Assembly (NCBI RefSeq): GCF_058153355.1
Contig: NZ_CM177019.1
Strand: one strand, 5' to 3'
Length of the DNA stretch: 64,000 nucleotides
Part shown: positions 26,190 to 36,884 of the stretch, in pieces
Numbering within the stretch: position 1 is the stretch's first letter
Layout of the letters: each line of letters starts with the position of its first letter
The notes under the pieces: generated by a model
Database searches by the model: none
Told to the model about the DNA's origin: nothing
What the model saw: only the letters and a program-made list of their open reading frames with translations
Program-made: the position numbers and the translations under genes

Positions 26190-27590
26190 TTAATCCATCT
26201 CTTCCGCTGAGGTAATACCAGGCAGAACGTTTTCCTGTCGGTAGCCACCAGGGAGGATAATATTTAATAAAATCGCAGTTAATCCACCAGCACAAATAGG
26301 GTTTTCAACTAATACATAAATAGAGGCTGGCAATATTTTAAAAATTTCCGGGTCGTAGGAGACGCCAAGCCCTAAACCTAAAGAAGTGGCGACAATAAGT
26401 GTTTCACGGCGCTTTAATCCGTTGGTGATGATGATGCGAATCCCAGCGATGGCAATCATGGAAAACATCAACGTCATTGCGCCTCCCAGAACAGCCGAGG
26501 GAATGGTCGTGAAGAAGCCGCCAATCATCGGAAACAAGCCGAGAATAACCAACATGACCGCGATGGTTCGCCCGACATAACGTGAAGCGACACCGGTCAT
26601 CTGAATAACCCCATTATTTTGCGCAAACGTGGTTAACGGTAATGAACCGACAGCGGAAGCGATAACCGAAACCAGGCCATCTGCCAGTACGCCGCCTTTC
26701 AGACGCGACTGATACTCTTCTCCCTGGATGGGGCGGCGGGAAACCATTGCCGTGGCGGTGATATCACCGACAGCTTCCAGCACGCTAAGCAAATAAATCG
26801 TGCCGACCACCAGGAACTGATGGAAGCTGAAACTAAACCCGTATTTGAACGGATGCGGGATGGTGATTAACGGCAAATTGCGCATACTGCTGAAATCCAC
26901 CATGCCCAGGCATAACGACGCGATATAACCGACACATAGCCCAATGGCAATCCCTCCCATGCGTAGTAACGGACTGCGGCAGCAGTTAAAGCCGATCACC
27001 ACAATCAAAACCAATAAACCAACGCCGAGATGTTCGTAATTGCCGAACGTACCGCTGCTTTTGGCAGCAAATCCTCCACCAAAATCGATAATGCCGACTT
27101 TAATCAGGCTTAAGCCGATCATCAGCACCACAATGCCGCTAACGGTAGGTGTAATAACCCGACGTAAATAGGGCAGGATAAAAGAAGAGCCGACAACCAG
27201 AAATGCGCCAACGAAGGAGACGCCGAGAAGCGACGACATGATTAACTCTTCGTGAAAACCATCGCTTTTCATGCTGCTGCCCAGCGCAATCATGACTGTA
27301 ACAAATGAAAAATTGACTGACTGAATTGAGAGTAGGCCAGAACCGACGATGCCATAGCGGTTTACCTGTAACCAGGTACCAATACCAGAGGCGATCATCG
27401 CCATAGAAACAAGATAGGCGGTTGTTTCAGCGGAAAGCTGTAAGGCCGCACCCACGATTAACGCAGGGGTTACCATCGGAACGAAAATTGCCAACAGATG
27501 GGTAATGGCACCAACGAGAGCCTGATGAAAGGGAGGGCGATCCTCCAGTTCAAATATAAGGTCAGAACCTGCATGGTTTATATCAGACAT
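26190..27590 (-). CDS. xanQ: xanthine:H+ symporter (NCS2/NAT family)
   Basis: The ORF is 26190..27647. The canonical start MSDINHAGSDLIFELEDRPPF gives 466 aa. Confidence 0.92.
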   Translation of the reverse strand: MSDINHAGSDLIFELEDRPPFHQALVGAITHLLAIFVPMVTPALIVGAALQLSAETTAYLVSMAMIASGIGTWLQVNRYGIVGSGLLSIQSVNFSFVTVMIALGSSMKSDGFHEELIMSSLLGVSFVGAFLVVGSSFILPYLRRVITPTVSGIVVLMIGLSLIKVGIIDFGGGFAAKSSGTFGNYEHLGVGLLVLIVVIGFNCCRSPLLRMGGIAIGLCVGYIASLCLGMVDFSSMRNLPLITIPHPFKYGFSFSFHQFLVVGTIYLLSVLEAVGDITATAMVSRRPIQGEEYQSRLKGGVLADGLVSVIASAVGSLPLTTFAQNNGVIQMTGVASRYVGRTIAVMLVILGLFPMIGGFFTTIPSAVLGGAMTLMFSMIAIAGIRIIITNGLKRRETLIVATSLGLGLGVSYDPEIFKILPASIYVLVENPICAGGLTAILLNIILPGGYRQENVLPGITSAEEMD

Positions 27591-27755
27591 CCCTTCACTC
27601 CTTTTAAAGTAAATTTGATCATCTGAATCAGTAAAATAAATTCCCACGAATTTGGGGCGCAGGACGCCTTGAGAACGGCTTATCTCATTTTCGCAGTCAA
27701 CTATTTAGTCATCGTTCAAACAGAGAAACAGGCCGCCGAAGCGGCCATTTATTAT

Positions 27756-30626
27756 TTATATTTTTTCCAGCGCGGTGAGTATTTTCTCCGGTGTGAAATG
27801 CCATTCGCGTAACCAGATGCCGCAGGCATCGTGAATTGCGGTAGCAATCGCCGGAGCTGCGCCATTTACACCGATTTCTGAGATTGATTTCGCCCCGAAT
27901 GGGCCGACTTTATCGTCGCTCGGCACCAGCACAGCGCGGAAATCACGCGGAATGTCACCAATTTTCGGTGCGCCGTAACTGCGTAAATCACGCGTTAACG
28001 GGTGGCCTTCGGCGTCATAAATGATTTCTTCGCTCATACTGTGCCCGATAGCACGCAGGGTGGCTCCGTAGATTTGTCCCAACGCTAACTCTGGATTGAC
28101 CGGTGTACCACAGTCCAGCAAGGCGTAGAATTTATCCAGGCGGATTTCACCCGTACGTGTGTTGACGGCAACTTCAGCAAAGTTTGCGCCATACGGGAAG
28201 GCGAAATCAGGCGTGATATAACTGGCAGTTCCCACCAGTGAACCAAAACCGGTGCCGGTTTCGCCTTTATGGGCAATATCCCCGAAACTAACTTCGCCTT
28301 TCTTGCCGCGCACGACGCCCGGCGTTGCTAGTTGAACATCTGCCACTGGCTCACCCAACATTTGCGCGCCGTGGAACAGAATTTTATCCCGCAGATTTTC
28401 CGCTGCCAAACGCGCCGCGTTACCCGAGAAGCAAGTACCGGACGAGGCATATGCGCCTTTATCAAACAACGCATGATCGGTATCACCGGAGATAACATGC
28501 ACGTCCTGCGGTGGGCAGTGCAGCACTTCTGCTGCCAGTTTCGTCACCACGGTATCCAGACCAGTACCAATATCCGCACCGCCAGAATGAACAATAAAGG
28601 TACCGTCCGATTCCAGTTTAATCATGCAGTTAGCCTGATCGATATCCGGGATCCCCGATTTCTGCATGATAATGGCGACGCCGCGACCGATGTGCCAGTC
28701 ACCATTTTGCGGTTTTGGTGAAGACCATTGGATCATCTCGCGACCCTGACGCAGGATCTCTTCCAGCGCGCAGCTGGCGGCGGAAGGAACGGAGGTCGGC
28801 GCTTTACCTTCACCAATCGCACCGAGAATTTTCAGCTCTTGCCCTTCGTGTACCCGGTTACGTTCGATAATTTCCAGTTGGTCGATCTGTAACTGTTCAG
28901 CCAGTTCCGCTAATGCCATGGTGATAGCGAAGTTACCTTTCGGTGCGCCATAACCCTGATAAGCACCATTTGGGCAAATGTTGCTGTAGTAGGTGGTGAC
29001 CTGGAAATCGACGTTATCGCACGGATATAACGGCAGCGACAGCGCCGGTCCGTTACACGGTACGGTGAGTGAGTGGTTGCCGTAAGGGCCTGTGTTGGCG
29101 CGGAAATCCATCTTCACAGCCGTCAGGCGACCATCTTTCTTTGCCCCCAGTTTGACGGTGACTTTCGCGACGTGACGAGAGGTGTTAGCAATAAACTCTT
29201 CTTCACGGGTGTAGCGGAACAGTACCGGACGCCCGGTCACGCGGGTTGCCCAGGCGCACACTTCTTCCAGCAGGATGTCCTGTTTGGAACCAAAACCACC
29301 GCCTACGCGTTCTTTAATGACATGAACTTTATGTTGTTTCATGCCCACGAGGCGCGCAACCTGGCGGCGCAAGTGCCATGGTACCTGGGTGGAGGCGTGG
29401 ATCACCAGACGGTCGCCATCCATACGGGTAAAGCAGATATGTGTTTCAGTCGGGCATTGCTGCGCCTGAGTTGAGTTATAGGTTCGTTCAATGATCACAT
29501 CGGCATCGGCAAAGCCTTTATCCATATCGCCAATATGACCATGAATACTGGCGGCGATATTTTTACGAGGGCGAGAACCGATAGGGAAGTTGATGATCAT
29601 ATGCTCGCCGCGCTGGGCTGCATGGCTGTTATCGTCTTCCAGAGTGTCTGGCGCACCCGCCACATACACCACCGGTTCATCGTGTACGACAGGCGCATCT
29701 TCCGCCATTGCCTCGTCAATCGACATTACCGGCTTAAGCACTTCATATTCAACGTCGATGAGCTTCAGTGCTTCGAGCGCAATTTCTTCACTTTCAGCGA
29801 CTACCGCAGCAACGCGATCGCCGACGTGACGCATTTTCTTGCCGAACATACGGCGGTCAAGCGGTGACGGTTCCGGTGCGCTCTGACCACCCGGGGTATA
29901 GTAGATATCCGGGCAATTCAGGTGAGTAATAACGTGAACGACGCCCGGTAAGGCTTCAGCTTTGCTGACATCCAGATGAGTAATCAGTGCGTGAGCGTGT
30001 GGGCTACGTAACATTTTAATGACGCAGGCGTCAGCCGTTACGCGGTCTTCAACATAGCAGGGTTTCGCCTGCACCATTTTTGCGGCATCAGTTTTAGGAT
30101 AATGCTTACCAATGACTTCAAGGTCATCGCGGAAAGTCGGAGCGATATCAATGGTGGCCTGCGGGTTATTTTTACGTGCAATTGCCAGTTCAACGACCTG
30201 ATAGTATTGTTGCCAGCCTGCATCGCGACTGAACAAACCAGAAAGCGCGTCGTCGATCTCTTCGCGGGTCGGTGCGGCGATACGCTCGAGCAGATCAGTG
30301 ATAATCAGAGCAGCAGCAGGATCGTTATAACCAGACTGCACCACGCCAACATCAACCATTGCCTGTTGAACCAGACTTAACTCGTTCCATTTTCCCAGAG
30401 ACTCTGCCGTACGAATATCAGCCTTCTCTATCTGTGCGGCAATAAGTAAGGACGCGTTAACGATATTACCGTTAAAGATAATTGCGTCAGAACCGGCAAA
30501 CCCGAATCCATCATCGCTGTTGCGTACAGAGTGCATTCCCATGTTAAACAACAGCTTTTGCACGTTTTCGCCTGGATTAACGGTTAGCTCCTGAGGCGCG
30601 CCATTTAAAGTAAAGTGGATGATCAT
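27756..30626 (-). CDS. xdhD: molybdopterin-dependent hydroxylase XdhD (fused 2Fe-2S plus Mo-cofactor subunit)
   Basis: 956 aa with an N-terminal [2Fe-2S]-like domain followed by aldehyde oxidase/xanthine dehydrogenase a/b hammerhead and MoCo-binding domains. Confidence 0.92.
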   Translation of the reverse strand: MIIHFTLNGAPQELTVNPGENVQKLLFNMGMHSVRNSDDGFGFAGSDAIIFNGNIVNASLLIAAQIEKADIRTAESLGKWNELSLVQQAMVDVGVVQSGYNDPAAALIITDLLERIAAPTREEIDDALSGLFSRDAGWQQYYQVVELAIARKNNPQATIDIAPTFRDDLEVIGKHYPKTDAAKMVQAKPCYVEDRVTADACVIKMLRSPHAHALITHLDVSKAEALPGVVHVITHLNCPDIYYTPGGQSAPEPSPLDRRMFGKKMRHVGDRVAAVVAESEEIALEALKLIDVEYEVLKPVMSIDEAMAEDAPVVHDEPVVYVAGAPDTLEDDNSHAAQRGEHMIINFPIGSRPRKNIAASIHGHIGDMDKGFADADVIIERTYNSTQAQQCPTETHICFTRMDGDRLVIHASTQVPWHLRRQVARLVGMKQHKVHVIKERVGGGFGSKQDILLEEVCAWATRVTGRPVLFRYTREEEFIANTSRHVAKVTVKLGAKKDGRLTAVKMDFRANTGPYGNHSLTVPCNGPALSLPLYPCDNVDFQVTTYYSNICPNGAYQGYGAPKGNFAITMALAELAEQLQIDQLEIIERNRVHEGQELKILGAIGEGKAPTSVPSAASCALEEILRQGREMIQWSSPKPQNGDWHIGRGVAIIMQKSGIPDIDQANCMIKLESDGTFIVHSGGADIGTGLDTVVTKLAAEVLHCPPQDVHVISGDTDHALFDKGAYASSGTCFSGNAARLAAENLRDKILFHGAQMLGEPVADVQLATPGVVRGKKGEVSFGDIAHKGETGTGFGSLVGTASYITPDFAFPYGANFAEVAVNTRTGEIRLDKFYALLDCGTPVNPELALGQIYGATLRAIGHSMSEEIIYDAEGHPLTRDLRSYGAPKIGDIPRDFRAVLVPSDDKVGPFGAKSISEIGVNGAAPAIATAIHDACGIWLREWHFTPEKILTALEKI

Positions 30627-31402
30627 ACGGCTTCCTCCCCAGCCTGTTGGCAGTCGGCATAAAGGTCGGCTACCAGAACTCCCGTGATATAGCGTTTATA
30701 GGCCACGCTGCCCCGCAAATCTTCCTGCGGGAAAATGGCGTTGGCGACAGCCTGTTCAAGGGCATCGCCTTCCAGGTTTTGTTTTTCAACATCGTGCAGA
30801 CGCAGTGCTTTACTGGCCACGCCATCCAACGCAATTCGCATACCGTCGTGATCGGTTAACGCAACGGCTGCCGTTACTACCGTTAACCCAGCCTGAGAAC
30901 GGCTAATTTTGCGAGTCGCACAGGTGCGATACGGATCTTTAATGATGATTTCGGTTAGCAGGCGATCGCATGGGCAGGCCAGGTACTCCTCAATTGACAG
31001 AGTTTCACCGTTGCCAAAAACCAGTTCGGCATCCAGTGCCAGCAGGACGGGAAGCAGCACCGACTCTTCCTGCCGGGCGGCGATTTCACCACCAATGGTC
31101 GACTGATTACGAATATGGCGAGAGTAGACAAAGCCGAGAGCCTCACGCAGTGCTGCAGGAATAAACCGTGCATCACGCAGTGTTTGCAAGCGAGACATCG
31201 CGCCAATCCGCAATGCACCGTTATCCCAGTCAACCCAGTCCAGTTCCAGATCCTGTAAGGATATGGCAATCTTTTTATCGGTACGGGTTGGTGTGGCGTT
31301 GAGTTTACTGCCTCCGGCAAACCAGACAGCTTCATCCTGATAGCGGCGCTTCAGTTCCAGCGCCTGTTCGACAGAGTCGGGTCTGAAAAATTGTTCAATC
31401 AT
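30623..31402 (-). CDS. ygfM: FAD-binding subunit YgfM (CO dehydrogenase flavoprotein-like)
   Basis: 259 aa. Its stop overlaps the xdhD start. FAD-binding PCMH-type domain. Confidence 0.88.
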   Translation of the reverse strand: MIEQFFRPDSVEQALELKRRYQDEAVWFAGGSKLNATPTRTDKKIAISLQDLELDWVDWDNGALRIGAMSRLQTLRDARFIPAALREALGFVYSRHIRNQSTIGGEIAARQEESVLLPVLLALDAELVFGNGETLSIEEYLACPCDRLLTEIIIKDPYRTCATRKISRSQAGLTVVTAAVALTDHDGMRIALDGVASKALRLHDVEKQNLEGDALEQAVANAIFPQEDLRGSVAYKRYITGVLVADLYADCQQAGEEAV

Positions 31403-31452
31403 CTTCTTTCCTTATTTAACCCTCTTCCTTTAAGGAAGAGGGTATCTGTCAT

Positions 31453-32781
31453 TTATGCCAGCGCATCCATCCGACGCCACATAGCAGCGGCGGCTTTTTG
31501 GGCTTGCGCATAAATGGAATCGCAATCGAAGTTAAACTGACGGTCTTCATAGACCATAACGCCGTTGACCATCACGCTGTGGACGCTGCCTGAACCCATG
31601 CCGAAAGCGATATGTCCAGCGATATTGTCTGCCAGCAGTGGCGTCGGCGAGTTGTAATCGCAAATGGTTAAATCGGCTTTATAACCGGTTTCCAGCAGGC
31701 CAAATTTCGCGCCAAAGTTGCGGCTCATCAGTTCGTTGCCGTTAGCCAGAGCTTTGGCAAAGCTGTCAGGCCACAGCGGACCACCCGCATCGCGATGTTT
31801 AAAGAAGGCAAATTTCATCTCTTCAAACATATCTGAACCAATACCGTCCGTACCCAACGCCAGATTGCGGATGTCGCAAAGATGATGGTTGTAGCCGACA
31901 TGGTTGTTCATGTTTGAACGGGCGTTATGCACCAGGAATGCATCACGCTGATTGAGCAACGCGATGTCGTCTTTAGACAGATAAAGCCCATGAGCGACCA
32001 GCGTTTTGCTGTCGATGAGATCGAATTGCGCTAATCGTGCCAGCAGATCTTTGCCGTACCAGTGATGACTATGGGAAACATCGTAAAGGTCTTCCGCAGC
32101 GTGAATATGTAAACCACGGCCTGTGGCTTTCACGGCCTCACGCAGCATTTCCAGACCGGCATCCGGCACAGTAAACGGCGCGTGAGCACCAATATGAGCC
32201 TCTACCAGATACGGTTCAGTTGCCGCTTTCTTCGCATCGTCAATCTGACGGGCGAAGCGGATATTTTCCTCTACTCCTTCCTGTAGTTCTTTAATGCCGT
32301 TGTTACGGTCAGTGGTTTCAAAACAGGTCATCGCACGCAGGCCAACTTTTAAAAATGCGTTGCGCAATGTGGAGAGCGACCCGCTGATATACGCCGGAGA
32401 GGCATGGTGATCGATAACAGATGTACAGCCGCTCTTAATCGCTTCCAGTGAACAAATCAGCCCGCTGTAATAGAGCGACTCTTCATCAAGGGCGCGATCG
32501 AGCCGCCACCAGAGATTTTTCAGCGTTGAAATGAAATCCGGGCAGGGGGCGATGTTTGCCATAATTCCACGGGAAAGCCCCGAGTAAAAATGGTTGTGCG
32601 AGCAGACAATTCCCGGCATCACAATCCGACCATGCATCTCTTTGTAGTTGGCATCGGGGTAGCGTTGCGTCAGCGCATCGCCGATAGCGACAATCACATC
32701 ATTTTCGATGGCGATATCAACGCCTTCCTGCACTTTCGCCGGGTGTAACTGCACTGCGGTGACATTCTTCAGAATCAACAT
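31453..32781 (-). CDS. ssnA: amidohydrolase-superfamily protein SsnA (putative aminohydrolase)
   Basis: 442 aa with the HNHFY (HxH) metal-binding motif. It sits between ygfK and ygfM. Confidence 0.9.
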   Translation of the reverse strand: MLILKNVTAVQLHPAKVQEGVDIAIENDVIVAIGDALTQRYPDANYKEMHGRIVMPGIVCSHNHFYSGLSRGIMANIAPCPDFISTLKNLWWRLDRALDEESLYYSGLICSLEAIKSGCTSVIDHHASPAYISGSLSTLRNAFLKVGLRAMTCFETTDRNNGIKELQEGVEENIRFARQIDDAKKAATEPYLVEAHIGAHAPFTVPDAGLEMLREAVKATGRGLHIHAAEDLYDVSHSHHWYGKDLLARLAQFDLIDSKTLVAHGLYLSKDDIALLNQRDAFLVHNARSNMNNHVGYNHHLCDIRNLALGTDGIGSDMFEEMKFAFFKHRDAGGPLWPDSFAKALANGNELMSRNFGAKFGLLETGYKADLTICDYNSPTPLLADNIAGHIAFGMGSGSVHSVMVNGVMVYEDRQFNFDCDSIYAQAQKAAAAMWRRMDALA

Positions 32782-32783
32782 GA

Positions 32784-35700
32784 TTACACCTCCACGCGGC
32801 CCAGCAGATAATGATGATGCTGGTGGACATGGCTAATGATGCGGCACATATCGTTCAGCTCCGGTGGTACGTTGTTGAACTGACCTTCGCTGTCGATGTT
32901 TAACACCCAGCTTTGGTTATTCAGACGTATGCGTACCTGGCAATCTTCCACAAGGAAGCCAGGGTTGCTGCTGTTATCAAAGTCTTGCGACAGGCTGAAT
33001 ACGGTGATTTTGTCTTTATATGGTTTACCGTTCCACGGGCAGAACTGGGCGCAGTTGCCGCATTCGTTACAGTAAGCGTCGAGGTGCAGCGTCTGGAAAC
33101 GGTTCTGGAATCCAGGGACCGCAATTGAGACATTGGCGCGGTTAGGGCAGACATCCACACACTTGCTGCAAACGTAGTTACATTCAAGACAGCGAGAAGC
33201 TTCCTGAGCGACAAACGCATCACGATCGTCGCTGTTCACCAGGGTGACTGAGATATCGCCTTTACGTTGGTAGATTTCCGCCGGATTGACGTTGTTCCAG
33301 TATTTATCGTTCTGGTGGGAACGGATATTTTCCCGACTCAGGATGGCATCGGTAGCCCGACGCGCAGTTCCGACAGCTGCAACGATAGAGGACGGTCCGC
33401 GCTGTACGTCGCCGATCATAAAGACGTCAGTCAGACGAGTTTCGCCATTATGGTCGACGTCTGGCCAGCCATTTTTGTCCAGCGGCACGCCCATCGCATT
33501 CAGGGCTTCAGTATCCTGCTGTTCGCCAATGGCGGTGATCAGGCTGTCTACATGCAGTGTTACTGTTTCGTTGGTTTCAACCGGACGGCGACGACCTTTC
33601 TCATCAGGTTCGCCAAGCGACATAACGCGCAAGGTTAAGGTGCCATCAGCATCGAAACGTTCCGGATTATTCAGGAAACGGAACTCCACGCCGTCGTGCA
33701 ACGCTTCTTCATACTCTTCGCGCCATGCTGGCATCTCTTGCAGTGAACGACGATAAACGACCGTTGCTTTTTCTACGCCTGGAACGCGTAACGCCGCACG
33801 AGCGCAGTCCATTGCGGTGTTACCCGCCCCGACAACGACCACATGCTTGCCCAGCTTGAGCGTAGTGCCTTTGTTGTATTCACGCAGGAAGGGGAGTGAT
33901 TTCCACACATTTTGGTTGTCGCCCGCCAATTTCACACCGCTATTTTTATCAGTGCCGGTGGCAATCAGAACATAGTGGAAGCCCTGATTTTTTAACTGTT
34001 CAACGGTCAGATCGGGTGAGCAGCCATACTCAAATTTCACGCCGTGAGCGGCAACAAAATCGATATCGTGCTGAATTAACTCTGCAGGAATACGGAACTG
34101 AGGAATGATATTTTTCACCACGCCGCCCGCATTGGCTTCGCGTTCAAACAGCGTAACCGGATGGCCCGCTCTGGCAAGGAAGTAACCTGCTGCCAGACCC
34201 GCCGGACCTGCACCAATCACGGCAACCGGATGGCGTGAACCAGAACCGGCTGGTTTGTGCCAGCGTTGCTTATATTCATCCCAACCTTTTTCCAGCGCGA
34301 CTTTTTTCAGTTCGCGGATATTCAGCGCACTGTCGTAATCCAGGCGGGTACAGTTGTATTGGCACTGGTGATCGCAAATATGACCGGTAATGGCGGGCAG
34401 GGCGTTGCGTTGGTAGATGAGTTCCAGTGCGTCGGCATAGCGGTGTTCGCCAAGCAGACGGATGTATTCCGGAATATCCTGTTTAATGGCGCAAGCAGTA
34501 ACGCACGGTGCAACGTAGCAGTCGGTCAGCGGCAGGTCTTCTGCCACTTCAATACGCTCTTCTGGCTTCCAGTGTTTCTGCGTGTATTCCATGGTTAACG
34601 CGTCTGCTGCCAGTTTGTTCAGTCGTTCGACGTCAACATGGTCAAGCCCCCAGGCGTCGGAGCCTTCCAGCTCGCGCATGCAGGCACTTAAGCGCAGATA
34701 GCCGCCAGGTTTCAGCAGGTCGGTTGCCATAGTAATAGGGCGAATACCAGTATCAAAAATATCGCGGATAGTCAGCTGACTGGCACCACCGGAATAAGAA
34801 ATGGGCAGTTTGCCGTCAAAGGCGCGAGAGAGAACTGCTGCAACATTGATGGAGAGCGGGAACAGCGCACGGCCTGACATATACATCTCTTCACCAGGCA
34901 GTGCGCCTTTATTGTTGATGGTGCCGAGAGTGTTAGTCAGTTTTACGCCAAAGCCGAGTGATTTTTCTTTTGCCAGTACCATCAGGCGTTCCAGCATTTC
35001 CAGCGCTTGCGTCAGCTTGAGGTCGTGATCAAATGACTCTTCTTTTAAGCCTATGTAACCGAAACCGCAGACATCGAGGATCTCACGAACACGCGCGTAC
35101 CCCAGTAAGGTCGGGTTGAGTTTCACAAAGGTATTGAGCCCTTTTTCTTCCAGCATGTAGCGGCAAATGGCTTCGATTTCATGCGGAGGACAGCCGTGCA
35201 TCGTGGAGAGGGTGACGCCCTGCACCATGCTGGTGGGGATGCGAGCGGGTAAGGCCTGCAAGCATTCGCGTTTTTCCTGTAAGCCGTGGCGGGCTAAAAA
35301 TGCGTCATCCTGGAGTAATTTATTCAGCGTATCGCGATATTGAGCGAATTTCGGATGGTCAGATGCGTCCATCATATTGTCGATGAACTGTTGCATTGGC
35401 GGTTGCTTAATACCTTCGAGGTTGTAACCGACGCTCATATTAAAGATGAACGATTTACCGGAATCAGAAGGCTGGAACATCGCTTCGAGAAGGTGCAGGG
35501 CAAACCAGGCTTTGAGGTATTCATCCCAGGCTTTAAGCAGGGTAAATTCGGTAGACCATTCGGTGTTAAAGCACTCGTCTTCAGCGTCGATACAGGGCTT
35601 TTCCAGTTCCAGGCGGTCAAGAATTTGGACAGTTTTTAGTTCGATGAAGCGTCCGCCAGTCAGCCAGGATGTGACAATATTTTGCGCGAGCTGCGTGTGC

Positions 35701-35882
35701 GGACCAGCGGCAGGGCCGACGGGAGTGGCACAGGTTTCACCGAAGACGCTAACAGTTTTACCTTTTACGGGTGAGTAAAACTGTTGCTCGGGAATACCAA
35801 AGATTGAGCGTTGTTGTTGGTATTCATCAAATATGCGCGTCAAAAGTTCCTCAAACGGAATGGGACGCATAATATCCCCCAT
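32784..35882 (-). CDS. ygfK: large Fe-S/flavin oxidoreductase YgfK (putative selenate reductase subunit)
   Basis: 1032 aa with a DHOD/DPD-like TIM barrel, a GltD-like GAGPAGL NAD(P)/FAD domain and C-terminal ferredoxin Cys clusters. Confidence 0.92.
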   Translation of the reverse strand: MGDIMRPIPFEELLTRIFDEYQQQRSIFGIPEQQFYSPVKGKTVSVFGETCATPVGPAAGPHTQLAQNIVTSWLTGGRFIELKTVQILDRLELEKPCIDAEDECFNTEWSTEFTLLKAWDEYLKAWFALHLLEAMFQPSDSGKSFIFNMSVGYNLEGIKQPPMQQFIDNMMDASDHPKFAQYRDTLNKLLQDDAFLARHGLQEKRECLQALPARIPTSMVQGVTLSTMHGCPPHEIEAICRYMLEEKGLNTFVKLNPTLLGYARVREILDVCGFGYIGLKEESFDHDLKLTQALEMLERLMVLAKEKSLGFGVKLTNTLGTINNKGALPGEEMYMSGRALFPLSINVAAVLSRAFDGKLPISYSGGASQLTIRDIFDTGIRPITMATDLLKPGGYLRLSACMRELEGSDAWGLDHVDVERLNKLAADALTMEYTQKHWKPEERIEVAEDLPLTDCYVAPCVTACAIKQDIPEYIRLLGEHRYADALELIYQRNALPAITGHICDHQCQYNCTRLDYDSALNIRELKKVALEKGWDEYKQRWHKPAGSGSRHPVAVIGAGPAGLAAGYFLARAGHPVTLFEREANAGGVVKNIIPQFRIPAELIQHDIDFVAAHGVKFEYGCSPDLTVEQLKNQGFHYVLIATGTDKNSGVKLAGDNQNVWKSLPFLREYNKGTTLKLGKHVVVVGAGNTAMDCARAALRVPGVEKATVVYRRSLQEMPAWREEYEEALHDGVEFRFLNNPERFDADGTLTLRVMSLGEPDEKGRRRPVETNETVTLHVDSLITAIGEQQDTEALNAMGVPLDKNGWPDVDHNGETRLTDVFMIGDVQRGPSSIVAAVGTARRATDAILSRENIRSHQNDKYWNNVNPAEIYQRKGDISVTLVNSDDRDAFVAQEASRCLECNYVCSKCVDVCPNRANVSIAVPGFQNRFQTLHLDAYCNECGNCAQFCPWNGKPYKDKITVFSLSQDFDNSSNPGFLVEDCQVRIRLNNQSWVLNIDSEGQFNNVPPELNDMCRIISHVHQHHHYLLGRVEV

Positions 35883-35962
35883 AACCCTCTCCTTAGCTTA
35901 TACAGATATCATTGAGTGACCGGTGTTGAGAAATCCGGTGGTTTAGGGGGATAAAGCAACAA

Positions 35963-35980
35963 TCGCACCACTCTTGCCAG
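35963..35980 (-). promoter_or_regulatory. candidate sigma54 (-24/-12) promoter for ygfK-ssnA-ygfM-xdhD...
   Basis: The minus strand reads CTGGCAAGAGTGGTGCGA. GG and GC have the canonical 10-nt spacing. It lies ~83 nt upstream of the ygfK ATG. Confidence 0.5.
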
Positions 35981-36203
35981 GTTTGGCGGGAAATATAAAA
36001 AAATGTGAGGCGGCTCGAAACTTAAGGGCTTTTTGTGAATGAACTCACAGGTGCCAAATGAGAATTAAAATCACTCCTGGAAATTATTATTACCAGCCCA
36101 TTTATCACTTTTTCTCTTTTCTCAAAATCAGTGATTCCTTATCATAATGATAAAGCAGGCTGGATGGTTTAGATATTTGAACGCAAACGTTTAACTACGT
36201 TTT

Positions 36204-36782
36204 CTAAATTTTAGTATACCTTTTTTGCGCTGTAATAAAGTCGTCCGGAGTATCAATATCTAAAATTATTTCTGCATTTTCTATTTCGACGGAATAATGT
36301 TCTCCCATAAGAAGTGCCTGACGCATATTGGTGACATTGGGTCGCTGGGTTGCCTGCATCAGGCATGGCTTTGACACTAAAATCGGATGGCCGGGGATAC
36401 CTTTATGGAGTGGCAGTATTGCGCCATCATTACGTAACGGCCAGATTTTTCTAAAAATATCGATGGTGAGGGTTGGCATGTCACCGTGGGTGAGAAAACA
36501 ATGTTCGGTTTGCACCGCGGGTACTGCGGCCTTTACTGATGTCAGTAAACCCTGCGCATAATATGGGTTGTGGATAATAGTGATATTACTCTGGTTCGCA
36601 TAACGTTCGTGCAGTTCATTACCACGATAGCCGGTGACTAAAATAATTCGGCTACAAAACTGCAACGCATTTTTGATACTTGCATCAAGAATTGTTCCCT
36701 GTTGCCAGGGTAACATCATTTTCCATTGCCCCATTCTTGATGATAATCCGGCAGCGGTAATTATACAGTCGATGGCTGACAT
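36204..36782 (-). CDS. mocA: molybdenum cofactor cytidylyltransferase
   Basis: 192 aa MobA-like nucleotidyltransferase (ITAAGLSSRMG motif). Confidence 0.9.
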   Translation of the reverse strand: MSAIDCIITAAGLSSRMGQWKMMLPWQQGTILDASIKNALQFCSRIILVTGYRGNELHERYANQSNITIIHNPYYAQGLLTSVKAAVPAVQTEHCFLTHGDMPTLTIDIFRKIWPLRNDGAILPLHKGIPGHPILVSKPCLMQATQRPNVTNMRQALLMGEHYSVEIENAEIILDIDTPDDFITAQKRYTKI

Positions 36783-36884
36783 AGTGGTTCCATTATTAAT
36801 AGGGGCTAATAACGCCTGTTAATTGCGTTACTCCCTGATGGATTAAGTTGGGGATAATTTATCCCAGAGAGGTCATAAAGACTC

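Noticed and set aside
27756-35882. Possible selenocysteine recoding in xdhD/ygfK
   Set aside because: Both ORFs are uninterrupted with no in-frame TGA. Any selenium involvement would be as a labile cofactor, not Sec.
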